Source: the human T2T-CHM13v2.0 reference genome, Homo sapiens. From it: DNA of 64,000 nucleotides. The translations under genes and the position numbers were made by a program. Shown piece after piece: positions 53,010-64,000 of the stretch; the first letter of the stretch is position 1; each line of letters starts with the position of its first letter. The DNA lies in NCBI RefSeq assembly GCF_009914755.1, contig NC_060947.1, one strand, 5' to 3'. The notes beneath the pieces were generated by a model. That model had not been told where the DNA came from and ran no database searches. It worked only from the letters and a program-made list of their open reading frames with translations.

Positions 53010-53270
53010 AGGAAGGGAGTATGATATAGTGGTTAGTGGTTAGGAGGTAGATTTGGAGTCAATGAAATCTGGTCAAATCCTCACTTCACCATCTTGTTAG
53101 CTGAGTGACCTAAGGATGGCCTCGGTCTGTTTCTTCATCTGTCACATTGAAGACTAGTGTGGATATTCATTCTCCATACATTGAATGTCCATACATTGTT
53201 ATGAAGATTTCATGAGATATTTCATGTCAACTCCCTGGCCTATAGTCAGTGCTCAGAAAATACTATTTTT
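53010..53270 (+). mobile_element. MIR SINE (a second MIR at ~53590-53770)
   Basis: ATAGTGGTTAG..TTTGGAGTC..TAGCTGAGTGACCT..TTTCTTCATCTGT. Confidence 0.7.
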
Positions 53271-54048
53271 AGGACACCAGTCAAAATTATTTCTGCCACG
53301 TATCTAGGTGTTGGAAAGTCAACCATTAACTATTGAATTCTTTGAGTGAAAGCTCTACCCCAGGCAATCTTTAGATAGAATGTAAATATCCCTAGGTATT
53401 TGTCAGATTAAGCCACCAGGAGGCTCTGAAAAAGTCTTTCTCTATCACAGTGCCTTCTGATATGACAACAAAACAGGAAGTGAGCAGGGCATAGGACCGA
53501 TGAGTTTTCATAGGTGCATGGCATATGCATTCATCATTTATTGATTACTACAAGGCCAAGCACCGTGTTAGTAATTTGCAAACCACTAGTGGTGTGACTT
53601 CATATAAGCTACATGATCTCCATGAACTTCAATTTTCTCATCTCTAAAGTCTGTATGTACTAAGAGCTACTGTACTTCATTTGGCTGTCAGGATTAAATT
53701 AGATATATGTAAAAATAATGTTTGCCTAGTAAATAGTAACTGCTCAATAATTTAGAGGCTACTATTATAAAGACAGCAATGTTCATTATTGTTATTTGCT
53801 ATTAAAGGATGAATGAAACATACCTCTGCTTAAAGGATTTCCCTATCTTTCCCAGGTCATTCAACAACTACTCCTAGAAGACTAACCATGTCTAAGATTC
53901 TATTGAATGCCCCAGTGTGGGGCACGGTGGGAGTCTTCCAAGAAACCAGAGGACAAGACAAGAAGGGTTATCAACAGGGGATGAAGAGTGTTGGATGGGG
54001 AGGTGGCTAGGTGTGTCAGAAACCAAAGAGTGCATACAGGAAAAACTA

Positions 54049-54385
<337 letters not shown>

Positions 54386-57300
54386 GAATAAAATAAGAGT
54401 TGTCTTTAGGTGAGGGGAATGACTAGAAAAGGGCATGAAAGAACTTTCTGGGGTGACAAGAATGTTCTGTATCTTGACTTTGGTGTTGATTTTACGGATG
54501 TAAATATTTCTCAAAAATCATTGAGATGCACACTTAAGATCTGTACATGTTACTACAGGTAAATTTCAATTACAAAAAAAGGAAATTGAGTTTTACTGTT
54601 TTTCTTTTCTAATTTGGCCTTTGACTGGCCTGCCTTTCACCAGAAGATTCTTTTCTTTCTTCCCAGCCCTACTTACAGGAACCACAAAATAAAGGACAGA
54701 CATATACAACTAGGGATTCCTTTAGGCCAAAGAGTGATTGTCCAGACCAAATCTGATGTCTCTGCAGGCAGGCCAAGCAAGCAACTTAGCTCTGGACAGC
54801 CCTACTGTACTCCCTAGAATGTCAACCACAACCCTACACCAGCAGAAGCCTTTGCCTGTGGGGAAGGTCATTAGCCCGTGACACTAGTACTATTTCTATT
54901 TGAAAATCAATGCTAAAAGTAATTTCAAAGGGCAGAGGCAAGATCAGCCATGAGAACTGCTTTACAGTAATCACAATAAACAGTCATTGTAATTTAGACT
55001 TAATATTTATTACAACTCAGATCCCTTAATAGTCCTTCATATATCCATTGTGCCCTAAGAATCAAGAATTTATTTCTTTTCTAATAACCCCTCCCCCACC
55101 ATTTTCAGAATTAATACTCTGGAAAACACTGCTTTAAAGGAAAAAAATGGCCATCCAATTCAAGGAGAAATCGGATCTAAGGCCTGGAGTGGTGGTCATA
55201 ATGACTACTAAATATTATTTCACTTCTTTAGGAAATTAATGCATTTACCGGGAAACCCACACTCTTAGGAAATGTTTCATCAATATATGACATTCAAAAA
55301 AGTGATAAAATGCCATGTTAAAAAATGTCAGAAATAAGATTCAACTAAGTTTGTAGAGCTGGTATATTACAAATAGATAACCTACATTTCAAGTTGATGA
55401 AAACTAACTAAGATGACCCACATTACACAGGACAATGAGCCTGAAATCCACTCTTCAGCCTGTGCTGATATATCATGGTGATGATGTGTCTTCTTGATAG
55501 GGAAACATAAATCAGTGACTGCAGAAAATGAGTTATGCAGACATTTGTGTTCTGTACTAATTGCTAAAACTATATTATGTGCCTAGTCTTCACATTTCAA
55601 AGATAATGTTTAGCTGAGCAAGGTAATAGACATGTAGGATCCCCTTCATCTACTCTAATGCACATGGTTTTTCCCCCCTCCTTCAATTGCTTAATCTTGA
55701 CAATTATTGTCCATTCTTTTCAAATTTCTCAACTCCAAAAATATAAGTCATACTGAAGCAGACACTAGAAAGCCTTTTTATTGGATATATTTGAAGAACT
55801 GCAACACATTCTGGTTGTTCTATGTTGATTGTAATTCCCAGAATAAGAAGTTGATTTGGACATAAAACAGCACAGCTGCAAAGAGACCTGGAACGCTGTT
55901 TCATATCCTTACTTACCGCCTTACAAATCAGCCCTCTGGCTTATCCAATTCTGATTCAAATTCTCTCCCTGATTCCAATTCTCTCCCCAGTCCTGACCCT
56001 GTCCTCAAAGCCACCCATAAAATCTCCCTGCTGTGGGCATAGACCTCAACTCCTTCCTTCGCCCCACAGCTCACCCTCTGCTTCTTACCCAGGCCCCAAT
56101 TCAACATCCATTCCCACTCCAACCTCACCCACATCTCCAGACCTAGGACACATACTAAGCCCTTTAAATTATTTGAACTGTGCTGAAAAGAGGCTTAGAG
56201 GAAGCAGTACTAAGCTAGAGAAAAGATACAGTACCCCTAACCCATGCCTCAACTTGCTCCCCCTTCTAGCTTTAGCCTTTGTCAATAAAGAAGCTACACG
56301 CTGCTACAAATAATTATGAAGAGGATTTGGGTATAATGTGCACTCATTTTCTCCACCTATCCCCAAGAACAGACCAATATTTCTGATTAGAGATCTCCCT
56401 GGTCACACCTCCTTAGCAAGGCTATGATCACCTCCTTCAGCACAGAAAAGACCGTGTGGCTTATGACACTGTATGTAAAACCATGGGACCATGATGTCAG
56501 AGTGAAAAAAACAAGTCCCTACATGAGTAATAGACAGATGATCACTGTTACTTCTTAATAAGAGGTCACCAACCTCATAATTTCTTGTCGGTAAAATACC
56601 TCTAAACATCTGCTTTTGCCTGGCCCAAGTCTGAGAAAGACACTTGATGAAACCTATTATAGTAAACCACAATGATCAAGATGATCTTTTGGAAGGCATT
56701 CAGGACTCAAGCCTAGATATGCTGGCTGCATGACCACAGTGACCTGTCCTTCTTCAGTAGGATAGGATAGAAAGACTATTGGAAAGGGCCAGGAAGTGAA
56801 CAAAAAACGAACTGTGGTGTAAATGCATGGGGCCACTACTACCCATTACAACAGCAGCTGTACAAGTGGCTGGCTTCTTGGGCTATGCATGGAATTGTCC
56901 TCCATTGTCCAGCAGCCAGCATGAGCCCAGCCTGACAACAGTGCTGTCTCACCAAGAGAACCCACAGCCCACAGAGCCTTGAAACTTGCCTGGATATGGT
57001 GGCTGTTAAGCTAAGCACAAAGGAAAGGGTTGTTGAAAAGAACACACCCAACTCCAAACATGTAGCCACAAACCTAAAGACAGTTTTGAAAGCGAGAATT
57101 AGCTAGCATTTTTACTTAATCCAAAAAAGATTTGGTTTTATCTATAGCAGCCTACAAGATTTCCGATGCCACAGGAAAACTGTTGCAACAAACCAGAAAC
57201 AGCCTTAACTGAGTGCTTTTCCAACAGAAGACTGCTGAAAAGATCTTATGTGACAAGGTAGAGAAGAGTGAGTCAAAGCTAAGAGAATATCTGCTTGAAC

Positions 57301-60300
57301 AAACAAATATTATGCTTTCTTCTTCCCTGAAATGGAAACAGATCCTCCGGTCCAAGAGCCGCGTGACTCAAACTATATACACATCTGCCAATTTTAAAGT
57401 TTATACAAAGCATAAATAAATACACAAAAGGCGACTGGCTGCACAAGAGGCCTTTTTAATAGTTTCAAACAGAATCAAGGTCCCCGCCCCCTTTCCAAAC
57501 AGAACAGCCTATCTTGTCTGGCTACATTTTTGAAAAGGTTATGAAAAAGATCAGTGTCCATCACTGGTCTTAACCTCAGTGAGTTGAAGAAAATGTCATT
57601 TAAAAAGACAATCAGCAATTTATGTACTCTTAAGGCCATATTTCATTCAGCAGCACAAAATAATTTACTGGAAACCTACTACCTGTGCTTTAAAAGCTCT
57701 GGAAACACTGTACTCTATAATAATTGATGTAGTTATGATACACTGTGGGTATGAGCCCTAACTGATGGGGGTGGGAGGCTGAATTTAAATGAGCAGTAGA
57801 CTCTGAAAACAGATTATGAAATTCATTCAAACTGTTACTAAATTATTTGATTTCATCCAATCATCTGTCACACCATTGTTCAAAATTAAATGTGTGTATA
57901 TTCAAGGTATCTATGAAATGCTTGATCCTATATCTTGCTATGTTACAAAGAATATGCCAATTAGTTTTTCAGCTTAAAAAAATTAAAGATGACCTATATA
58001 TAGGAAATTTGTAAGTAAGGAAAACTCTTCAGAAATATGGTCAACATATATAAACTCTATTGATTAAAAGATAAGTAGACCTTGTACCTTTCATCTCTAA
58101 TATAAAAAGTAGTCTTTAAAATTTGGTCACATAAGACTTTTCATATACTTGAAAGAAGAAAATACTAATGGCTACTACACACTTAATATTTTGAAAATGC
58201 TCTAAATTCAACAACGAACAGAAAGGCTGAAATGGCAATCTTGCTCTTAGCAGCCAAAAGCTTCCCATCTTCTCGGGGAAGTAAACTCCCTTCTTAAAAG
58301 TTGCCTTGTAAAATTAATTTATTCTAATTACAGCCATAATTTCAAGTGCTAATTACTCAATTCCTACAGAGGTATGTGGTTTCAAATGTGGTGAGTCAAC
58401 ACAAGAAAATGTTATGACACATGCCTAGTACAAATTTGTATTATTGAATTACAGAAACCTGTCCTGTTTCCAGATGCGTTAATCCATTCTGGACAACTGC
58501 AAATTATAAACAGAACAGAAACTCATTTTCTGTGAATGAATTTGGTTTCAGGGTCTCCCAACGGTAGCCTGAAATAAACCTGAAGTAACCACCTGATGGA
58601 AATCAGGAACCAAAGTTCCAGAAACAAACGAGAAATACTCCCAGATTCAACAGGGGAATGACGTGCCTAGATCAATCTGGTGCTACATTCTTTAATTACA
58701 TTTACTTCTCTGGGCCCTCAGTGGAAAACAAAACGATTTAATGACCCTGAAGTCATTTTCCTTTATCATATAAATGCCTGTTTGAGACTCAACAATTAGG
58801 GGAGCTCTGGAAACCTACAGCTGTCGTTCTACTTTCCAAAGTTACTCTTTCACTTGGGATTGAATGCTAGCCTTGAGCCAGACCGGGGGCAACAATGACC
58901 CGTATGACAACGGATCTAACCCCTCCACAAACTTCCGGAACCTTCAGTCACCCTTTCGCCTATTTGGGGGAGAAATGGCTCCACTTAGAAACAAGGATAA
59001 AGGCCTTGAGCTGAAGACTTTGACAACTTTCCGCGGGGGAGGGCTGGTGCTGCCCTAGAATCTCCCGGGAAAGAAAGCTCTGAGAGATGGGGAGAGGCGA
59101 GAAGGAGGAGAGGAGAACAAGGAATAGAGAAAGGAGTGGGAGTGAAGGGGGCCTGAGGGCTCAGGAAGGAACTGGGGCCCCCATGAACAAAAGCTGGGAC
59201 TCCCTGCGCTGCAACCTCACTTCTGCAGTGGGGACTCGGCGTGGGTCGCTGCGGTCCAGTGTGCTTGGGGCCCTCAGGGCTAGTCCAGCCCACTCCAGCG
59301 TCTGCTCCGTGGCCATTCGGACACTTGCACCTAAGGCACCTGCTGTTCCCCACTGCTCTTCCATATTCCCTCTCTGTGCCTCTCCGCACCCCGGTCTCCA
59401 AGGCTGCTGTCTCCAGTTTACATTCTGGAGCTAATCCCGGTCCTGAGAAAGGCAACGGCTAGAACCGGCAAAGGGTGGGGGGGCGTCCCCTGCCTTTGCC
59501 TTAGTTCTCCCCAGCCTGAGCACCGCTTTGCTGCGCCTCCCCAACCCGCCGATGGGAGGCCCTGGGCAGAGGCGCGCACTCCAGGGGGACCAGTGGTCGG
59601 GTGCCCCGGGCGCGGTGGCTGAACCCCAGCAAACAGAGGAAGAGGACTGCCCCCTCCCGCGGAGGCCCACTCACGCTGGGCACTAGTGACAAGGGGACAT
59701 CAGCCTTTGTTCTCCTGGGGCTTGGCGAGGCTGCGCTGCCAAAGCGCAGCGCGGGCGGCGCCAGGGCACCAGGGTTGCTCACCTTTGCACGCGGCGTGTC
59801 GAAGGGTGCAAACTCCTGCCTTCCCGGAGGGTTGGGGTGGATAAGGAGTTTAGGATTAGGAGGTGTCGGGTGGCGGGGGGGGGGAAGGAGGTGGTGGGAA
59901 AGGAGGGGGGAGGGGTTCTGCGTCTCGACCAGGCTCTTTGTTTGCATTGGGGGCGGGGAGAGGGGGCTGAAGGTGGGTTCAAGCTTGGGTTCTGACAGCA
60001 GGGCAGATTCCTGAGTATGTCACCATGTTGCACGCGCGCAGCACACATATGCACACTCGCGCACACGCACACACATGCACTCATACAGACAGGCGGCCGG
60101 CTGTCAGCAGACAGCGCGGTTCCCGGCGCTCCAGGCTGCAGCAGCTTCGTCTGCCCGCAGCGCCACCACCGTGCGTCCAGAGGGGAAGTGGAGGAGGCTG
60201 GAGGCACTCGAGGGTCGACAATTCCGCGAGGAAGGAGGGAAAGTGGTGCAAACCTAGATCCACCCCCTAGCGACCTCTGCCCCCCCTTTTCTCCCGGGGT

Positions 60301-60425
60301 CGCAGAGGTCATGGGCAGCTTAGGCTCCGGGAAGGAGGCAAGGAGCCGCCGGAGGGCGGCGCGCACGCGAGGGGGCGAGGGAAACGAAGGAAAGGAAAGC
60401 AGGCGGACTCGGCGGGCGGGCTTAC

Positions 60426-60474
60426 CCTTAGAAGCATCTTTCTCCTCTTTGGGCTTGGTCACCTTTCCACTCAT
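60426..60474 (-). CDS. FGF13: FGF13 (FHF2) alternative first coding exon 1V: 16 codons + 1 nt, phase-1 donor
   Basis: Minus strand ATG AGT GGA AAG GTG ACC AAG CCC AAA GAG GAG AAA GAT GCT TCT AAG G|GTAAG = MSGKVTKPKEEKDASK, the N-terminus of the FGF13 V/VY isoforms as I recall them; canonical donor at 60421-60425; lies in a CpG island. Confidence 0.92.
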
Positions 60475-60760
60475 AGATCCCAGCTTGCTTGACAAGGTTC
60501 GCTCAGAAGACGGAAGTCCTCGCCGAGCGGGTCGGACTTGGGAGAGTGCTTAGGGCGGCAAGTCTCGACCACGAGCTCCCCTCGGTGTGGTTCGGGGCGG
60601 AATCCGCTTTTCCCCACCGCTGCCGCCGCCGCCGCTGCCTACGAGAGAGTGGGGAGGAAAGGAAAGGGGTGAAGGAGGAGCCGCCGTCGCCGCCGCCGCC
60701 GCCGCGATCCCGAGCGGCCGGCCGCGGGAGGAGCCGCTCGCCGCGCTCAAGAAGTGAAGA
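60475..60760 (-). other. FGF13: 5' UTR portion of exon 1V (start approximate)
   Basis: GC-rich leader with no upstream ATG; Inr-like TCACTTC on the minus strand at 60751-60757. The TSS cannot be determined from sequence alone. Confidence 0.5.
60617..60704. repeat. Two short interrupted CCG/CGG trinucleotide tracts in the exon 1V leader
   Basis: CCG CTG (CCG)4 CTG at 60617-60637; (CCG)2 TCG (CCG)5 at 60681-60704. Confidence 0.9.
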
Positions 60761-61287
60761 GACAAAGCGGCGCGGCGCTTCCTCCGCGCCCCGCGCCCTC
60801 AGCTTCTGCCCGCCTGCGGAGAGCCACGCTCGCAACCCCCGGGGCGGCCGAGAGGAGCGGCCGGGACTCCCCGGCTTCACTGCCGGCCTCCCTGGGCTCC
60901 GCGCGGGCCGCTCGCTGGGAGTTGCCTGGGTGGGCTGCCCGCGCACTGGCAGGCTGCTTTCCCCCGCCTCTCCCAATCCGCTGCGGGCCGCCAACTCGAT
61001 CAAAATAAAACCCCGAGGAAGGCTTTTTAAAAAATCAAAACAAAGATAAAAATATTCACTTAAAAATAACAAGCCTCCCTGAAAGGGAAATGTTTGAACA
61101 TGTGATGAGCAACGTGTGAGCCTGTTACACCGCAGAGTCGCGCAGCTTCTCGCCCGCGGGGAATGGGGAGGAGAGGGTCGCCTCTTTTCTTTCTTTCTAT
61201 TTAATCCATTTCCAGGTTCCTATTATTTTGCCAAAAAGGGGGCCGGAGTTGCTCGCCGGCGGAGGAGTGGGAGACGATGGCCCTTAC

Positions 61288-61390
61288 CTGCTCTCTTTCT
61301 CTCTCTCCCTACACCCACACCCCCTCGGAGCTCGCCCGCTCCCTCGCTCGCGCTCTCCTTCCAAAGAACTCTCCGGTCCTAGAGAGCCAC
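61288..61390 (-). other. FGF13: Probable upstream non-coding alternative first exon of FGF13
   Basis: Consensus donor CAG|GTAAGG (plus-strand ccttacctg, 61282-61290), ~100 nt downstream of a TATA-like element; FGF13 is known to use several alternative 5' exons. Confidence 0.6.
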
Positions 61391-61410
61391 GAATCAACAC
61401 CGCGGCGCAT

Positions 61411-61530
61411 TCTATATAAACGGCAAGGTGTGGGCACGCGGAGGGTGGGGGCTGGCGAAGGCGGGGCCTCACAAAGCCGCCTGCCCGCTGTAGTAAAAGG
61501 AGAGCTCGGCAGGGGCGCGCCGACGTCAGC
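61411..61530 (-). promoter_or_regulatory. Core/proximal promoter: TATA-like box, GC boxes, CRE-like site
   Basis: TTTATATAGA (minus, 61411-61420); GGGTGGGG and GGGCGGGGC boxes at ~61443-61468; TGACGTCG (minus, 61521-61528; 7/8 CRE match). Confidence 0.55.
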
Positions 61531-62200
61531 CGCCGGTTGGCAAAACCCCGGCGAGCCCCGCGTAGTGCGGGCGAGCGTGTCTGCTGGGCGTACCCTGGCC
61601 CCTCCGGGGCAGGGAGGGCCCGCGGGTGCCACTGTAGCGGGCTCCCACCGTTGGCCAAGGAGATGGAAGGCCGGCGCTCCCCCCACCCCGGCCCCTGTAA
61701 CTCCTCTACTCCTAGCGCCTGCTTTCCCAGGCCCGTGCTGGTCGCCACCTACACTTTGGGGACTCCCCTGTTGGCAACTGCTCGCACCGAGCAGTGGAAT
61801 CTCAGTCCGGGAGTCGACGACTTTTCGCTTCTGGCTAGCTGCTCAAGTTGAGACAGTCCGGCTCTCAGTGGGGAGAGAAGGGCTCTCTGGGATCTGGGTG
61901 TCAGTAGGTCAGAGAGTGAAACTGACCGCGGCGGCTGCCACCTCCCACCCCCACCCCCACACGCAGGCCCCTCCTCCTAGGGCTGGTCGCTCTTGTTGGT
62001 AAACTGGAAGCAAAGAGTGCCCACCGCCCAGGATGGCCAATCCCAGGCAAACGGGTGAGGTGGGACTGGGGGCGAGTGCTGAAGAGGAATAAGTAGGATT
62101 GAAACGTTGCCTGAGGAATACTTGTGACAAAACCCAGAGAAGGTCCCTGAAGATTAGAACTAGAAGGAAAACTGCTCAAGAATTGTTCTACAGAGGGCAG

Positions 62201-62209
62201 ATGAGGAAG

Positions 62210-62249
<40 letters not shown>

Positions 62250-62284
62250 AAGAGAGAAAGAAAGAAAGAAAGGAAGAGAGAGAG

Positions 62285-62323
<39 letters not shown>

Positions 62324-62524
62324 AAAGAGAGAAGGAGGGAGGGAGGGAAAGAAGAGAGAAAGAAAGAAAGAAAAAGAAAGAAAGAAAGAAAGAAAGAAAG
62401 AGAAATAAAGAAAAAGAAAGAGAAAGAAGGAAAAGAAAAAGGGAGAGAAAAGGAAGGAAGGGAGGGAGGGAAGGGAAGGGAAGGGAAGGGAAGGGAAGAA
62501 AATGAACGAACTAGGGAAGGAGGG
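62201..62524 (+). repeat. Compound polypurine repeat (GA)n/(GAAA)n/(GGGA)n/(GGAAG)n
   Basis: ~320 bp of almost pure purines on the plus strand. Confidence 0.95.
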
Positions 62525-63189
62525 TGAGATAGTAGTCAGGAAATAGCCCCTGGGGCGTCCTGGAAAACCTTTTCTGCGATGGCCTTTTTTTTGTGCATGC
62601 GAGTCCCTGGTAGCCTCGCGCTCTGTTGAGGGACTGGGGTGGTGACTAGCAGGACTTGGTCCTCAGAACAGTCCATTAATCAGACCTTAGGCTTCATCCT
62701 GGCCATGAAGGCGCGGTAGCGACTCCCATGCAGAAAATTCGTTTTCCCTCGTCCTACTCAGCTCCACCCCCTTCTTAATTCGGTTTTGTTAATGGCATTA
62801 AACCAGGCGAAGAAATCATATAGATGGATTAGTCTTACTGCATCCCAGGCGGTAACTCAATTACAAGAGCCTGCTGTGGCTTTCAAGACCAGGAGTGTGG
62901 GCTGCCCCTGCTCCCAGTCCAGGTCTAAAGGTCGGCAACCCTCTAAACTCAATTTGCAGCCTCCATCCTCAGTCTGAGAGGAACTCCAGGCCCATTTTTC
63001 TTGTAAATAATATCTAATAATCTGAGGCTTGATGACACGATGTGATTATCCAAGCCAATGTTAGACCATTAGTTCATATCAGTTGTCTGGGAAGGAAAAC
63101 ATTTCTCTTCAAATGATCGAATTCAAAAGGGTTGGAGGTTTAGATGGGTTTAGAGGAAAGGTCGAGGGGAAGGGGAGTCCTACCCCAAA

Positions 63190-63550
63190 TCTCAGCATTA
63201 TGCAGTATACCCATGTGATGAACCTGCACATGCACTTCCTGAATCTAAAATAAAAGTCAACATTTTTTAAATAATAACAATTTATACCCCAAAACAGTAA
63301 ACATCAATTTAGCACCTAACCTGTGCCAAGCAGCATGCTAAATGCTTTTACATCATTATCTTATTCCATCTTCACAACAACCCCAAGGACGTGTTGGTTT
63401 TGTTATTTTCGTTTCACAAATGAGGAAAATGAAGCTCAGAGAGGTAAAGTAACTTGCCAGGAGGTCACACAGCTGGTACATGGTGCAGCATGGATCACAA
63501 AGATGGGCAGCAGGCTAGGATGCCAGGTGGGTCTGTCTCTAAAACCAGTG
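63190..63550. mobile_element. L1MA/PB 3' tip (+, 63190-63260) and MIR (-, 63270-63550)
   Basis: TATACCCATGTGATGAACCTGCACATG..GAATCTAAAATAAAAG; AAATGAAGCTCAGAGAGGTAAAGTAACTTGCC. Confidence 0.75.
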
Positions 63551-64000
63551 ATCATCTGTTATACCACGTGGTCTCTCAAAACTCCTAGCAGCCTCTTAAA
63601 GAGAGGTGGGAGGCACATTTTCACTGGTCCTGTCTGCCAATTCTAAACTCCTAGGTCTTTTAAAACTTCCCTAGCTCAGCACATTCAATCAAAAGCATAC
63701 ACACACATACTCCTCCGTTGTGTACATACCATTTAATTTGTCCACATCCCTCCAGTAAGCAACAATACCTTATTTTGGGAAAAGGGTCAGTTTCTGTCTT
63801 GGAAGATATCAAGCATGGCATTGATGTGGACACTGGGTGTCTCAGCTTTCCTGCCACGTTAAGATTTCCAGGAAAGTTCTCTCCACAGATAAGACCCCTC
63901 TCTAAGCCCTATCAACAATGACACCTCTAGCAAGGGTAACTTCCAACTGGAAGCTAGATATCATTCTGTTCCTTAAAGGAGACTAATCTTCAATATATGA

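Larger units (their letters stand above)
58900..62000. promoter_or_regulatory. FGF13: CpG island, FGF13 distal promoter region
   Basis: Sharp rise in GC and CpG density against AT-rich, CpG-depleted flanks; GC boxes, CCG repeats; no interspersed repeats; surrounds exon 1V. Confidence 0.9.

Noticed and set aside
55905-55920. Minus-strand donor GCG|GTAAGT as a cryptic FGF13 exon
   Set aside because: No convincing upstream acceptor; such hexamers occur by chance in 60 kb.
60101-60120. REST/RE1-like TCAGCA-GACAGCGC
   Set aside because: Half-sites are truncated and fused without canonical spacing.
59779-60495. 238-aa ORF containing MSGKVTKPKEEKDASK
   Set aside because: Reads through the canonical donor into GC-rich intron; only 60426-60474 is supported as coding.
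58864-62179. Many overlapping 100-240 aa ORFs on both strands (also at 50883-51596)
   Set aside because: Stop-codon scarcity in CpG-rich DNA; low-complexity R/G/P/A translations with no recognisable domain.
62099-62527. 142-aa K/E/R-rich ORF
   Set aside because: Translation of the polypurine simple repeat.

Overview
Primate (human/hominid-like) genomic DNA, not microbial. The right end holds a large CpG island (~58.9-62.0 kb) containing the distal coding first exon 1V of FGF13/FHF2 on the minus strand (MSGKVTKPKEEKDASK + G|GTAAG, recognised from memory; Xq26-27 in human), plus a TATA/CRE-type upstream non-coding exon. Positions 1-60425 are therefore FGF13 intron, dense with decayed L1, L2, MIR, Alu, MaLR/ERVL LTR and hAT/mariner elements. 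Nearly all ORFs in the supplied track are broken L1 fragments or GC-rich chance ORFs. The most interesting structure is: (1) two separately inserted, inverted L1PA7-like elements sharing at least four inactivating mutations (inferred gene conversion; potential multi-kb intronic dsRNA); (2) a ~1.35 kb L1 3' transduction carried into an MST provirus; (3) a second, short 3' transduction; (4) an orphan CpG-rich promoter-like patch at ~51 kb with plus-strand splice signals, suggesting an antisense transcript converging on the FGF13 promoter. Repeat subfamily names come from recalled consensus sequences and boundaries without TSDs are approximate.
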